The translations under genes were made by a program, and so were the position numbers. A stretch of 64,000 nt of DNA from Haliotis rufescens (taxonomy: Eukaryota): positions 13,764,001-13,828,000 of the forward strand of contig NW_025963779.1 of the NCBI RefSeq assembly GCF_023055435.1, given 5' to 3'. This document shows positions 63,127 to 64,000 of this stretch, in pieces. The notes under the pieces are model-generated. The model had not been told where the DNA came from. It saw only the letters and a program-made list of their open reading frames with translations, and made no database searches. Position 1 is the first letter of the stretch. The number at the start of each line of letters is the position of its first letter.

Positions 63127-64000
63127 TTTTATGGACACAGGTAGTGAAGTGGTAAGTGAACCATTTTATGGACACAGGTAGTGAAGTGGTAAGTGAACCA
63201 TTTTATGGACACAGGTAGTGAAGTGGTAAGTGAACCATTTTATGGACACAGGTAGTGAAGTGGTAAGTGAACCATTTTATGGACATGGGTATTGAAGTGG
63301 GAAGTGAACCATTTTATTGTCACAGGTGGTGAAGTGGTAAGTGAACCATTTTATGGACACAGGTAGTGAAGTGGTAAGTGAACCATTTATGGACAGGTAG
63401 TGAAGTGGGAAGTAAAGAATTTTATGGACACAGGTATTGAAGTATTAAGTGAACCATATTATGGACACAGGTATTGAAGTGGTAAGTGAACCATTTTATG
63501 GACACAGGTAGTGAAGTGGTAAGTGAACCATTTTATGGACACGGGTATTGAAGTGGTAAGTGAACCATTTTATGGACACAGGTAGTAGAGTGATAAGTGA
63601 ACCATTTTATGGACACAGGTATTGAAGTGGTAAGTGAACCATTTTATCGACACAGGTATTGAAGTATTAAGTGAACCATATTATGGACACAGGTATTGAA
63701 GTGGGAAGTGAACCATGTTATGGACACAGGTATTGAAGTGGGAAGTGAACCATGTTATGGACACGGGTATTGAAGTGGTAAGTGAACCATTTATGGACAC
63801 AGGTAGTAGAGTGATAAGTGAACCATTTTATGGACACAGGTATTGAAGTGGTAAGTGAACCATTTTATCGACACAGGTATTGAAGTATTAAGTGAACCAT
63901 ATTATGGACACAGGTATTGAAGTGGGAAGTGAACCATGTTATGGACACAGGTATTGAAGTGGGAAGTGAACCATGTTATGGACACAGGTAGTGAATCGGT
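63127..64000 (+). repeat. 37-bp minisatellite, ~23 copies, running to the window end
   Basis: Unit TTTTATGGACACAGGTAGTGAAGTGGTAAGTGAACCA. Confidence 0.96.

Overview
Eukaryotic (metazoan) genomic DNA, AT-rich and dense in repeats. The SINE, Penelope-like and LINE repertoire suggests a gastropod mollusc such as an abalone; this is inferred from recalled repeat families and was not searched. Two host genes, both on the minus strand, can be reconstructed by hand. The first is a six-exon SLC16/MCT-family MFS transporter (14838->9422, 563 aa) with one GC-AG intron; two decayed duplicates of its last two exons lie downstream. The second is a class A GPCR of the melatonin-receptor-like (NRY) type with a single coding exon (39153->38056). 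The rest is mostly mobile DNA. It includes three tRNA-derived SINE families and a headless SINE-like family, degraded LINE and Penelope-like RT fragments, minimal hammerhead ribozyme remnants, a full-length frameshifted Tc1/mariner element, and MITEs (IS3EU-like, Kolobok-like, hAT-like, pogo-like, PIF-like). A ~5 kb non-coding element has Polinton/Maverick-type ends (AGTAGT termini, 6-bp TSD). At least nine minisatellite arrays are present, several visibly amplified in situ from TE or unique sequence. Most short ORFs in the supplied track are spurious.
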